From: Ostreococcus lucimarinus
Taxonomy: Eukaryota
DNA length: 64,000 nucleotides
Assembly (NCBI GenBank): GCA_000092065.1
Contig: CP000585.1
Reading direction: 5' to 3' (one strand)
Position 1 is the first letter of the stretch, and every line of letters begins with the position of its first letter. This document shows positions 31,501 through 39,952 of the stretch, in pieces. The position numbers were made by a program, and so were the translations under genes. A model generated the notes under the pieces. That model was not told where the DNA came from. It was given only the letters and a program-made list of their open reading frames with translations, and searched no databases.

Positions 31501-33772
31501 CGAATGTGGGCGTTTCGATAATGCCGAGAGCAGAAGAAACGACGTGCGAAACGACGGCGGTACTTCCAAACATGACTCGGCTCACGTCGCCTTTGCGGAA
31601 ATTTGCGCCAGACATGAATAGAACCGTGCCACCATCCACGGGTCCAACCAGTGGATCCACACTAGTCACCGATAGAGGATCATAGTACTCAAACTGCGTT
31701 TGTGTCGAATCATATTGCGTGTATGTGGATACGATTGCATAGACTCCAACCTGTACGAAACCCGCCACTGCGCTTGCACCCCAGGAACACGTGATGGAAC
31801 CGTCGGTCGATGAGACTTGTCTTGCGGTGACGTTTAACGAGCTGCACAAGTCTGTAACGGCAGAGTCCAATCCCGCGCCGAATATTGTGTATTCAGTCGT
31901 GATATGCATTGGTCCGTGCGCTGGTATGACTGCATCGACGTTATATGGGGACTTTGCATAAGTGTACGTGACGCCTCTGTATGTTGTCGGTGTACCACCC
32001 GGGGAGGCACTCCAGTAATAATAGGTTGAAGTACCCCACACCGCTCCATTTGAAGGTATAGTCGAGTTGAACGTAAAATCGCGTCGATTTGCAGACACCT
32101 CAACTGGCACTTGTCCAGCAATATGATTAGGAACAGCGCATCGAATCTCACGACCGTGCACGTAGCTCGCTGTAACGGGGCCCAAGGTGCCAAATCTGCA
32201 TCCGAGCTCAGAGGTATCGGAGAACCCTTCACCAACCAGAGAAACGCTCATAGTACCCGTAGTGGGTCCTAAGCTCGAGCTAATGCTCGTCAGATCTATA
32301 CCATCGATATAATCAAGACCAGTCGAGGTGAAAGGGCCGATGCCGACGCCACTGGAATCTGTCCGACTGCCAAGTTGAGCTTTTATAATTGAGCCTCCAG
32401 AAGCGTGGTTCGGCGTTTGAATGACGATCAAAGCAGACGAGACAATGTTGTAGTCGACGTTCGCATCATCAACGCTGAGTTTAAGAACTTCACTCTTTAA
32501 ATCTGTGCCTGAAATCCACACTTGGCTGCCTCCTGCAGCGGGTGTGACTCGTGGGTTCAAACCAGTTATCGTCGGCACCGGTTGCACCATGACTTGATCG
32601 AAAGAAACACCTCCAACTTCGTCTATGGCTGAGACTGTAGTGAAGCCTCCAGGTAGTTGCGGCGCGATATACACGCTGACTATGGTGCTCGACATTGTCG
32701 CGTTTCCTCGACCGAATTCGACGAAGGACAAAGTAGGAACTAGCAAGTAGGACGCCGAGCTTCTCCACAAGAAGAAGTAACCGCCTTGCTTGCTAGAAAC
32801 GCCGTGATCCAAAATAACTGGCGGATCTACTGGCGCAACGTAAGTCATGGGGCTTGACGCACAGCTTTTCGATGGCGACAATGCGCTATAAACACTCGCG
32901 CATACACTCGAACTCGCCGATGAAACACCAGCCGGGGACACGCACGTCACAACCAGTGAACTGACGTACTGCGCAGCGATGGGACCAATTGAACCAAACG
33001 AACACACGGCAGAGTTGTCTATGAGAGGAATGTTCGTGCCTGTGAGCGTAACCAACGTCCCTCCAATATCACCGCTCGACGATGGCGCGATGCTCGAGAC
33101 CACCGGAGCAGCTTGTCGAGACAGTGGGTAAGCGCCATCGCCACCCTCGATGGTCAAGCGCGTCGACACTTTTGTCGTCGCGACTGACTCGCACCGGATC
33201 AAACTAGAGGAGATTATGTGTGGCGCAACCGCGCTCGTGGCGTCAAATAAACAGTGGAATTGATCGGCATCATCAGCGATAAAGTGCTGCACGGTCAACG
33301 TGAATAGCTCACCAGGCATAGTTGACGCGCCAGGAGGGGAAACGCTCAGCAATAGTGGCGTCTCTTTGATCAAATACGAAACGCTCATCGTCTGGCCGCG
33401 CGAAATCACGCTCACGGCAGTGTAACCAACGCCAACAGGGTCGAGCGTGCACGCAAACTCGGACGCCCAAGTAGAGTTGAGCGAGAGAGCGATCCCATCG
33501 CAAGATGCGCTCGCCAACCAAGCGCCGAGAATAGTCACCGACGCTGGCAACTCCGTGGCACTCAAGCTCGGTGGCAGCGTCTCGGTGATTTCAGAAGTGG
33601 ACACGTACGTTATGTCTTTGGATGTTGTCGATGATAGGCCATCGGCGTGCACCCTAAACTTCGTACTGGTGCTATCGACCAGATGAGCGGGACTCACACA
33701 GTTTGCCGCTGTGCATGCCGACAGCGGCGAAGCCTTCTTCACCGGCGGGATTCGCGCATTCAACTTCACCAA
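28592..33772 (-). CDS. Giant IPT/TIG-repeat extracellular protein, downstream ORF (1726 aa) of a split locus
   Basis: Tens of about 90-aa repeats match the IPT/TIG pattern (P.I.S..P..G...GGT.VT.TG..F......C.FG.......A......S..I.C..P). The first about 20 codons of this ORF are out-of-frame readthrough of the upstream copy, so the true N-terminus is probably not at 33772. Confidence 0.7.
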   Translation of the reverse strand: MVKLNARIPPVKKASPLSACTAANCVSPAHLVDSTSTKFRVHADGLSSTTSKDITYVSTSEITETLPPSLSATELPASVTILGAWLASASCDGIALSLNSTWASEFACTLDPVGVGYTAVSVISRGQTMSVSYLIKETPLLLSVSPPGASTMPGELFTLTVQHFIADDADQFHCLFDATSAVAPHIISSSLIRCESVATTKVSTRLTIEGGDGAYPLSRQAAPVVSSIAPSSSGDIGGTLVTLTGTNIPLIDNSAVCSFGSIGPIAAQYVSSLVVTCVSPAGVSSASSSVCASVYSALSPSKSCASSPMTYVAPVDPPVILDHGVSSKQGGYFFLWRSSASYLLVPTLSFVEFGRGNATMSSTIVSVYIAPQLPGGFTTVSAIDEVGGVSFDQVMVQPVPTITGLNPRVTPAAGGSQVWISGTDLKSEVLKLSVDDANVDYNIVSSALIVIQTPNHASGGSIIKAQLGSRTDSSGVGIGPFTSTGLDYIDGIDLTSISSSLGPTTGTMSVSLVGEGFSDTSELGCRFGTLGPVTASYVHGREIRCAVPNHIAGQVPVEVSANRRDFTFNSTIPSNGAVWGTSTYYYWSASPGGTPTTYRGVTYTYAKSPYNVDAVIPAHGPMHITTEYTIFGAGLDSAVTDLCSSLNVTARQVSSTDGSITCSWGASAVAGFVQVGVYAIVSTYTQYDSTQTQFEYYDPLSVTSVDPLVGPVDGGTVLFMSGANFRKGDVSRVMFGSTAVVSHVVSSALGIIETPTFATKGTKALYASTHEHSPSTAFTALDQLLLSSVSPTFSPIEGGSTLIVSGDKLSAPSTIWCRAGTIGPFYARAYDSKVLKCISPAHSKESVHLQISMNKRDWRYELTLSLANPALPSGTSVDSILTLDYVFPAKIKDVLPRAGHVTDQVATVEAFYEAPYPAQNVSSRGCLTGGTTLTSTYSVTTNIYSILCTLERDSFIEGMYPIIITGPDAANTSFSGSFHYVTSPTIDAWGPEVIHTGGGTLVSVMLVDAISDGLVCMFSPWYQNEFTATFAIDAHFVSSSLIICESPYADPLIEIGLTAGLLGTTPEDGQAELNSIMRPAITSLQADSLFLDGGSAMNIFGTDLGMQVYDLYASLGTISPLALRWVTAAQVEAISPATVSGNKMLFLSHALSARSDPYEAELTFFKPFEPSPLIPSVVPAKDNVFVRLHAHIGSLPSSVPTCNPAAPQYTLCQEANNIGGILTQIHSVNFAILQLPGGANLTVNVPQLAYVDGASSATVQPNIAVTGGGTVAVVSGVNFVEGMTSIRLGDVAQTNPYISQSFLSSALIRFEAPAGASDATASIYTSTGFVDSDSWGSAGAVMKYRSLPSMTNAAALETLESGGRLVKLTGSGFVSNRDLFCKFGEIHVRATYVSATILNCVAPGLKPQTYSVRVSNNMLDYSKFVNSASSDSDTDATVTPVPDFTGGINSATNLFGPNSGGTLISFSFSASVPSSLACKFFSRYGNGFISDSSTAKCLTPSSDAGFVPVQLSPSSEAGTSYTAIGIQFEFQEAPEIDMVYPEMGVFGGGTVINVHGDNLIQSVSVASHGSPMMPGTSVDGLSCRFGGMYTVGAVHVSSTIMRCETPTFSIGLMDAPLVVDLSLNADDWTGSQIVFEPIENMPLSSLSPLAGTRAGGTTLTVASSYFPPDTPVWCKFGTTGPIHALFNGDGSVRCKSPAKAEGDIPIAISRGNPIDFAFDYTKIFKM
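32965..33714 (-). repeat. Segmental repeat unit A, copy 1 (about 750 bp); copy 2 at about 34814-35563, essentially identical
   Basis: Identical translated ORFs in the track at an offset of 1849 bp (33309..33521 = 35158..35370; 33447..33686 = 35296..35535). Base-by-base agreement seen across the ends. Confidence 0.85.
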
Positions 33773-36700
33773 AGCGGCTAATCGTACCAGCTACCGCAGC
33801 ACCACTCATCACGCAATCATAGCTATCGCCTACACTGCCAGCCAAACCAAAGAGGCTGATGGCAGTACCACCAGCTAGAGGGCTTGTAGGAGGAATGATG
33901 GCGACTACGTCAACACCCGTGCTGTACACGAATGACTGCGCCGTGTCCGCGTACACATTGCCCAGGATAGCGACTTGAATATCAACCGTTTCATCGTAGT
34001 ACGACGGAGCGGTACACTCCACTTTCTTATCGTGTATAGTTCGTGCTTCGATGTACGAAACCGTACCTATGCGACAGTAGACAACGCCGCCGCCCTCAAA
34101 ACCAGTTCCCGTGACGGTGACGACGGTGCCGCCAGCCAATACTCCTCGTGTCGGACTGACACTACTCATCGTGAGTATGTCGACCACGCTCAGCGACATT
34201 ACCGTTCGACTCCACACGCCGTCGTCACTCGCGCTACCAAACCCGACTTGTGCATCCGTATTGCCGACGGCGCCCACCAAATGGGAAGCGCACTTGACCA
34301 AAGCAGATGACACGAAAGTCGCGTCTACGGCTTTGTCACCAAAGGAGCAGAGTACATTCGCCTCGTCGACAAAGTCTGAGCCTAGCATATAAACGACAGT
34401 TGGAATGAAGTTCTGGAGAACGACGGGAATCGAGCCTGACACAATTGGAGACGTGTAGTAAGCAAACGCCGCAGGTTCGCTCACGCGCTCGTCGCTTGCA
34501 AAAGTGTACGAGTAAACCTGAACGAAACCCGGTGTCGTGCTACCTGAAACGGTACATGGGTCGAGTAGAACACCACCGACTTTGCACCCTGTACCGCCGC
34601 TGTAGACAACCGACCAGACCAGGCTCAGAGATGTTGATCCGACGTTGTTCACGACAGACGGCATGACGGCGCCGAGAATGTCCGATCGCTGAAGCGCGTG
34701 TGTAGTATTGCAGCTTCTGGACGGTGATGCAGTGCTGAAAACGCTCACACAGATATTTGCCGATGAACTCACCACACCTGCAGGAGACACACACTGTACT
34801 GTCGTAGTAGTGGCGTACTGCGCAGCGATGGGACCAATTGAACCAAACGAACACACGGCAGAGTTGTCTATGAGAGGAATGTTCGTGCCTGTGAGCGTAA
34901 CCAACGTCCCTCCAATATCACCGCTCGACGATGGCGCGATGCTCGAGACCACCGGAGCAGCTTGTCGAGACAGTGGGTAAGCGCCATCGCCACCCTCGAT
35001 GGTCAAGCGCGTCGACACTTTTGTCGTCGCGACTGACTCGCACCGGATCAAACTAGAGGAGATTATGTGTGGCGCAACCGCGCTCGTGGCGTCAAATAAA
35101 CAGTGGAATTGATCGGCATCATCAGCGATAAAGTGCTGCACGGTCAACGTGAATAGCTCACCAGGCATAGTTGACGCGCCAGGAGGGGAAACGCTCAGCA
35201 ATAGTGGCGTCTCTTTGATCAAATACGAAACGCTCATCGTCTGGCCGCGCGAAATCACGCTCACGGCAGTGTAACCAACGCCAACAGGGTCGAGCGTGCA
35301 CGCAAACTCGGACGCCCAAGTAGAGTTGAGCGAGAGAGCGATCCCATCGCAAGATGCGCTCGCCAACCAAGCGCCGAGAATAGTCACCGACGCTGGCAAC
35401 TCCGTGGCACTCAAGCTCGGTGGCAGCGTCTCGGTGATTTCAGAAGTGGACACGTACGTTATGTCTTTGGATGTTGTCGATGATAGGCCATCGGCGTGCA
35501 CCCTAAACTTCGTACTGGTGCTATCGACCAGATGAGCGGGACTCACACAGTTTGCCGCTGTGCTTGATGACCACTGCGCCGAAACAAGAATCGTGCCGAA
35601 GGAACAATATAGAGTGTTGTCGTTTGGCATGTTCGAGCCCGTCACGTACACGACGCTCCCGCCCGAAATAGCAATCCCAGTCGGAGTCACAGAGCTCAGC
35701 GTGACGGCAGCGCGTGACGCAAACGTCAGCGCGTTACTCACCAAGTTGCCATTTTGCTTCACACTAGCGCTGAACACGGCTGCGGTCGAAATTGGGAGCT
35801 CTGTAACGACTAGCGCTGAGCTGACAAAGTGACTCGAAGCGCCGGCGTTAGCTTCAAGAGACAGGTATGCAGAGTCACGCATGTGTGAGCCTGAAGTGTA
35901 AATCAACGTGCCACCCGACGTTGGGCCGTTCAGAGGGTAAACAGATGATATCACCGGTGCCCGCGCGTATTCGATGGTTTGCTGATCAATCTCGTCATCG
36001 ATGATGCTCCCAATGCCGACAGCGGCGAAGCCTTCTTCACCGGCGGGATTCGCGCATTCAACTTCACCAAAGCGGCTAATCGTACCAGCTACCGCAGCAC
36101 CACTCATCACGCAATCATAGCTATCGCCTACACTGCCAGCCAAACCAAAGAGGCTGATGGCAGTACCACCAGCTAGAGGGCTTGTAGGAGGAATGATGGC
36201 GACTACGTCAACACCCGTGCTGTACACGAATGACTGCGCCGTGTCCGCGTACACATTGCCCAGGATAGCGACTTGAATATCAACCGTTTCATCGTAGTAC
36301 GACGGAGCGGTACACTCCACTTTCTTATCGTGTATAGTTCGTGCTTCGATGTACGAAACCGTACCTATGCGACAGTAGACAACGCCGCCGCCCTCAAAAC
36401 CAGTTCCCGTGACGGTGACGACGGTGCCGCCAGCCAATACTCCTCGTGTCGGACTGACACTACTCATCGTGAGTATGTCGACCACGCTCAGCGACATTAC
36501 CGTTCGACTCCACACGCCGTCGTCACTCGCGCTACCAAACCCGACTTGTGCATCCGTATTGCCGACGGCGCCCACCAAATGGGAAGCGCACTTGACCAAA
36601 GCAGATGACACGAAAGTCGCGTCTACGGCTTTGTCACCAAAGGAGCAGAGTACATTCGCCTCGTCGACAAAGTCTGAGCCTAGCATATAAACGACAGTTG

Positions 36701-38702
36701 GAATGAAGTTCTGGAGAACGACGGGAATCGAGCCTGACACAATTGGAGACGTGTAGTAAGCAAACGCCGCAGGTTCGCTCACGCGCTCGTCGCTTGCAAA
36801 AGTGTACGAGTAAACCTGAACGAAACCCGGTGTCGTGCTACCTGAAACGGTACATGGGTCGAGTAGAACACCACCGACTTTGCACCCTGTACCGCCGCTG
36901 TAGACAACCGACCAGACCAGGCTCAGAGATGTTGATCCGACGTTGTTCACGACAGATGGCATGACGGCGCCGAGAATATCGGTTGAGTCGTAAACGAACA
37001 ACTTATCACCCCAAAATGAATGCGATATACCATCGCGGCGCCCGACACCTACGGGAATACTACCTATCATGTGCGCTGGGGTGACGCACTGTACTTGTGT
37101 GGTTGAGTAATAACTTGCCAACACGGATATTGATCCATATCTACAAAGCAAGTCATCTGTATCCTTGAAATTTGCCCCACGAACTCTGACCGCAGTCCCG
37201 CCCTCGAGGCCTCCCGTGCTCGGTAAAACGGAGCTAATCTCCGCGAGTGCAGTAAAATACACGCTAGTGATTTCCACACTCGCGCTTGGTGCACTATAAA
37301 GATACTCCTCGCCTTCAGTATGCGGAGGAATCTCACATTGAATGAGAGAGGAAGATACAAAGTGAACCGGAGCGGATGCATCCGAGCCGACTCTACATAA
37401 CGATGCAGTAGAGAGGCTGATACCGCTGAGTGATATCACCGATCCTCCAGATGTGGTGACGTATGTCGGTACGGCAGAAATATTTGTCCCAGTGTACACC
37501 ACTGTAGTTTCATCGCCAACCACTTCTGTGTACGTGTCTTCGCTGTCTGCGGGATACGCAAATGTCGGGAACGTGGTGCAAGGCTTGAAAGAGTCTATAT
37601 TTGGCCCGGTCCAAAGTTCAACGCTCGTGCTCGGATGTTGCGAAGCCGGAGAGATGCACGTAACAGTCCTATTGATCGTCAACGTGTCCATCACCGCGCT
37701 TACCGTGATTGTGCCGAAATGACATGAATAACCAAACATGTTATTCGGCTCGACGAGATCTTCGTTCCCACTTCCCTGAAGCACGACGGCGACGCCTCCG
37801 TATTCAGCCTTGGTAGAATTCCACGTGGTGAAAATTTCTATCGAGCATGGCTCTCGCCAAACTTCGAATGCCCGACTACCGCTGAGAGATCCCGAGTCTC
37901 CCCAGGAACGCAAAGACGTGTCGGTCATCCCGACTGTCGAAAAAGCCGGCGTCTCGCACTTCATAAATGCACTGGAAACGACCTCTGAGGGCGCTAACCC
38001 GCTCACAGCCGGCACTGTGCCGGTACTTCCGGCCCCAAACGCGCATTTGCTCGATCCGGGCACAAAGTTTGAACCGCTCACTCGCAACACCCCGCCCCCA
38101 CCTATATCCCATCCGTACGGAAACACTTGCTCGAGCTTCACCGGCTCGTGCAGCGTAAATGTGATCCTATCGCTAGTAAAATCTAATCCATTCATCGAAA
38201 CCTCGACGTAGGCATATCCTTTACTCAACCGTAGACTCGGTGACACCGTGCACCGCACTAACGTCGAGCTGACGTGCGTGAGCGGCACCACAAAGTCCCC
38301 GACTCGACACGCCGACACGTTCGTCGAAAAGAACGACGCGCCGTGCACGTCTACGGTTAAATTATTCTGATTCAACTGCGACGAAGGCCACACTCCCCAA
38401 TCCGCGGGATCCAGCATCTCCACTCCCGCGTTCGTCGTTCGCGCCACCGACGCGACGAGCGCGACGAGCGCCCACACACCCCGTCCTCGCGCCGTCGTCG
38501 TCCTCGCCCGCCCTCGCGCTCGCCCGTTCAAACGCCGCGACGTCGTCCCCGCGCCCACCCCATCGTCGTCGACCGTTTCGATCGTCCTCGACGTCGTCCC
38601 GCGCGACGTTTCCAACGTCCACCACCGCGTCATCGCTCTTTCGCCGCCGTCCCGCGCGTCGTCGACGCTTCGCGCGCGCGTCATCGCGCTCGAATCAATC
38701 AA
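33672..38702 (-). CDS. Giant IPT/TIG-repeat extracellular protein, upstream ORF (1676 aa) of the same split locus
   Basis: Same IPT/TIG repeat architecture. An N-terminal hydrophobic segment GVWALVALVASVA could be a signal peptide or anchor. The 3' end overlaps the next ORF by 101 nt in another frame. Confidence 0.7.
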   Translation of the reverse strand: MIDSSAMTRARSVDDARDGGERAMTRWWTLETSRGTTSRTIETVDDDGVGAGTTSRRLNGRARGRARTTTARGRGVWALVALVASVARTTNAGVEMLDPADWGVWPSSQLNQNNLTVDVHGASFFSTNVSACRVGDFVVPLTHVSSTLVRCTVSPSLRLSKGYAYVEVSMNGLDFTSDRITFTLHEPVKLEQVFPYGWDIGGGGVLRVSGSNFVPGSSKCAFGAGSTGTVPAVSGLAPSEVVSSAFMKCETPAFSTVGMTDTSLRSWGDSGSLSGSRAFEVWREPCSIEIFTTWNSTKAEYGGVAVVLQGSGNEDLVEPNNMFGYSCHFGTITVSAVMDTLTINRTVTCISPASQHPSTSVELWTGPNIDSFKPCTTFPTFAYPADSEDTYTEVVGDETTVVYTGTNISAVPTYVTTSGGSVISLSGISLSTASLCRVGSDASAPVHFVSSSLIQCEIPPHTEGEEYLYSAPSASVEITSVYFTALAEISSVLPSTGGLEGGTAVRVRGANFKDTDDLLCRYGSISVLASYYSTTQVQCVTPAHMIGSIPVGVGRRDGISHSFWGDKLFVYDSTDILGAVMPSVVNNVGSTSLSLVWSVVYSGGTGCKVGGVLLDPCTVSGSTTPGFVQVYSYTFASDERVSEPAAFAYYTSPIVSGSIPVVLQNFIPTVVYMLGSDFVDEANVLCSFGDKAVDATFVSSALVKCASHLVGAVGNTDAQVGFGSASDDGVWSRTVMSLSVVDILTMSSVSPTRGVLAGGTVVTVTGTGFEGGGVVYCRIGTVSYIEARTIHDKKVECTAPSYYDETVDIQVAILGNVYADTAQSFVYSTGVDVVAIIPPTSPLAGGTAISLFGLAGSVGDSYDCVMSGAAVAGTISRFGEVECANPAGEEGFAAVGIGSIIDDEIDQQTIEYARAPVISSVYPLNGPTSGGTLIYTSGSHMRDSAYLSLEANAGASSHFVSSALVVTELPISTAAVFSASVKQNGNLVSNALTFASRAAVTLSSVTPTGIAISGGSVVYVTGSNMPNDNTLYCSFGTILVSAQWSSSTAANCVSPAHLVDSTSTKFRVHADGLSSTTSKDITYVSTSEITETLPPSLSATELPASVTILGAWLASASCDGIALSLNSTWASEFACTLDPVGVGYTAVSVISRGQTMSVSYLIKETPLLLSVSPPGASTMPGELFTLTVQHFIADDADQFHCLFDATSAVAPHIISSSLIRCESVATTKVSTRLTIEGGDGAYPLSRQAAPVVSSIAPSSSGDIGGTLVTLTGTNIPLIDNSAVCSFGSIGPIAAQYATTTTVQCVSPAGVVSSSANICVSVFSTASPSRSCNTTHALQRSDILGAVMPSVVNNVGSTSLSLVWSVVYSGGTGCKVGGVLLDPCTVSGSTTPGFVQVYSYTFASDERVSEPAAFAYYTSPIVSGSIPVVLQNFIPTVVYMLGSDFVDEANVLCSFGDKAVDATFVSSALVKCASHLVGAVGNTDAQVGFGSASDDGVWSRTVMSLSVVDILTMSSVSPTRGVLAGGTVVTVTGTGFEGGGVVYCRIGTVSYIEARTIHDKKVECTAPSYYDETVDIQVAILGNVYADTAQSFVYSTGVDVVAIIPPTSPLAGGTAISLFGLAGSVGDSYDCVMSGAAVAGTISRFGEVECANPAGEEGFAAVGMHSGKLCESRSSGR
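33715..34690 (-). repeat. Segmental repeat unit B, copy 1 (about 975 bp); copy 2 at about 36013-36988, near-identical with at least one SNP
   Basis: Identical translated ORFs at an offset of 2298 bp (33975..34310 = 36273..36608; 34111..34392 = 36409..36690). ORFs 34445..34666 and 36743..36964 differ by one residue (T/M). Confidence 0.85.
34814..35563 (-). repeat. Segmental repeat unit A, copy 2
   Basis: See copy 1; offset 1849 bp. Confidence 0.85.
36013..36988 (-). repeat. Segmental repeat unit B, copy 2
   Basis: See copy 1; offset 2298 bp. Confidence 0.85.
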
Positions 38703-39017
38703 TCGCGCCTTCGCGTCGTCGTCGCGTCTCCGCTCGCGTCTCCGCGCGTCGTCGCGCGTCGTCGCGCGTCGCGGCGTTCATCGGCGTTTCGTTCGCGCGT
38801 CGCGCGTCGCCGCGTCGTCGTCGACGCGCTCGTCGCGCTCGCGCGCGCGCGTCTGGTCGCGCGCGTCGCCCCGCGGCTCGCAAACGGCCGGACGATCGCG
38901 CGGTGCGCGAGGTGCGCACACGAGGACGGGATTCGATAGTTTGCGATGACACGAACGATGGATGGATGCGGCGCGGTGCGATTCGCGACGCGCGAGACGG
39001 CGACGCGCGGTTGAGCG

Positions 39018-39899
39018 ATGTCGAACGGCGATGACGACGACGCGCGCGCGAACGACGGCGCGGACGACGCGAAGGCGACGGGAGACGCGACGGGAGACGC
39101 GAACGCCGGCGACGGGGACAATCGGCGGACGGCGCGAGACGGCGCGCGAGCGACGCGCGAGGGCGACGACGGCGAGGACGCGCGACCGCGAGGGAAGAGG
39201 CCGGACATCTCGAACTTGGTGTCGGTGAAGATCGATAACGTGTCGTACGAGCTGCGGGAGGAGGATCTGCGCGAGGCGTTCGAGAAGTTTGGGGACGTCG
39301 GGGACGTGTACATTCCGAAGGAGCGCGGGAGCTATCGCGCGCGGGGGTTCGCGTTCGTGAGGTATCACTCGAGAGAACACGCGGAGGCGGCGGTGAGCGC
39401 GATGCACGAGACGGAGTTGGGCGGGAGACACATTCGAGCCGCCATCGCGGAGCGTGGACGCCCGGAGGGAGGGTACCAAGCGAACAATAACCGCGGTAGA
39501 TACGAAGCCAGACGGCCGTACGACGACGATCGAAGAAGGGACGATTACAGAGACCGTCGCAGAGACAGCGACGGGTACCGCAGAGACGATTATCGCAGAG
39601 ACGATTATCGCAGAGACGATTATCGCAGAGACGATTATCGCAGAGATGATTATCGCAGAGACGACTACAGAGACCGTCGCGACGACTACAGAGACCGTCG
39701 CGACGACTACAGAGATCGACGCGACGATTACAGAGATCGACGACGAGACGATTACAGAGACCGACGAGACGATAGCAGACGGAGCGGTTACTCGGGTCAC
39801 GATGACCGACGTGGCTACGACGACCATCGAGGACGTGACGATAGATACGACGGGCGTCGGGACTCTCGCTCGGCTCCGCCGCCGCCGTCGCGCGAATGA
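39018..39899 (+). CDS. SR-family splicing factor, SRSF2 (SC35)-like RRM protein with RD/RDDY-repeat tail, 293 aa
   Basis: The RRM PDISNLVSVKIDNVSYELREEDLREAFEKFGDVGDVYIPKERGSYRARGFAFVRYHSREHAEAAVSAMHETELGGRHIRAAIAERGRP is collinear with SRSF2 ([37 protein letters not shown]...[23 protein letters not shown]). The C-terminus has (RDDYR)n repeats in place of a classic RS domain. Confidence 0.8.
   Translation: MSNGDDDDARANDGADDAKATGDATGDANAGDGDNRRTARDGARATREGDDGEDARPRGKRPDISNLVSVKIDNVSYELREEDLREAFEKFGDVGDVYIPKERGSYRARGFAFVRYHSREHAEAAVSAMHETELGGRHIRAAIAERGRPEGGYQANNNRGRYEARRPYDDDRRRDDYRDRRRDSDGYRRDDYRRDDYRRDDYRRDDYRRDDYRRDDYRDRRDDYRDRRDDYRDRRDDYRDRRRDDYRDRRDDSRRSGYSGHDDRRGYDDHRGRDDRYDGRRDSRSAPPPPSRE
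39560..39800 (+). repeat. Coding minisatellite of 15/18/21-bp periodic units (gacgattatcgcagagac, cgcgacgactacagagaccgt) encoding DYRRD repeats
   Basis: Visible head-to-tail repetition across 39588-39790. Confidence 0.75.
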
Positions 39900-39952
39900 T
39901 TCCTTATCGCGCACTAAATCTACTCAAATAATCAATACAATCAAACAAGTTG

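Noticed and set aside
33672-33772. The 101-nt overlap of the two giant TIG ORFs considered as a programmed ribosomal frameshift or overlapping-gene arrangement
   Set aside because: There is no slippery heptamer or pseudoknot-like context. The frame change coincides exactly with the B1|A1 repeat junction, so duplication or deletion (or misassembly) explains it.
32965-36988. Repeated 0.75-kb and 0.98-kb segments considered as a transposable element or LTR pair
   Set aside because: Both units are in-frame IPT/TIG coding sequence continuous with flanking repeats. There are no terminal inverted repeats, target-site duplications or transposase/RT ORFs.
38778-39914. 378-aa minus-strand ORF overlapping the SRSF2-like gene
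   Set aside because: It is the antisense reading of the RD/RDDY repeat region (it gives V/S/I repeats). The plus-strand RRM gene explains the locus.
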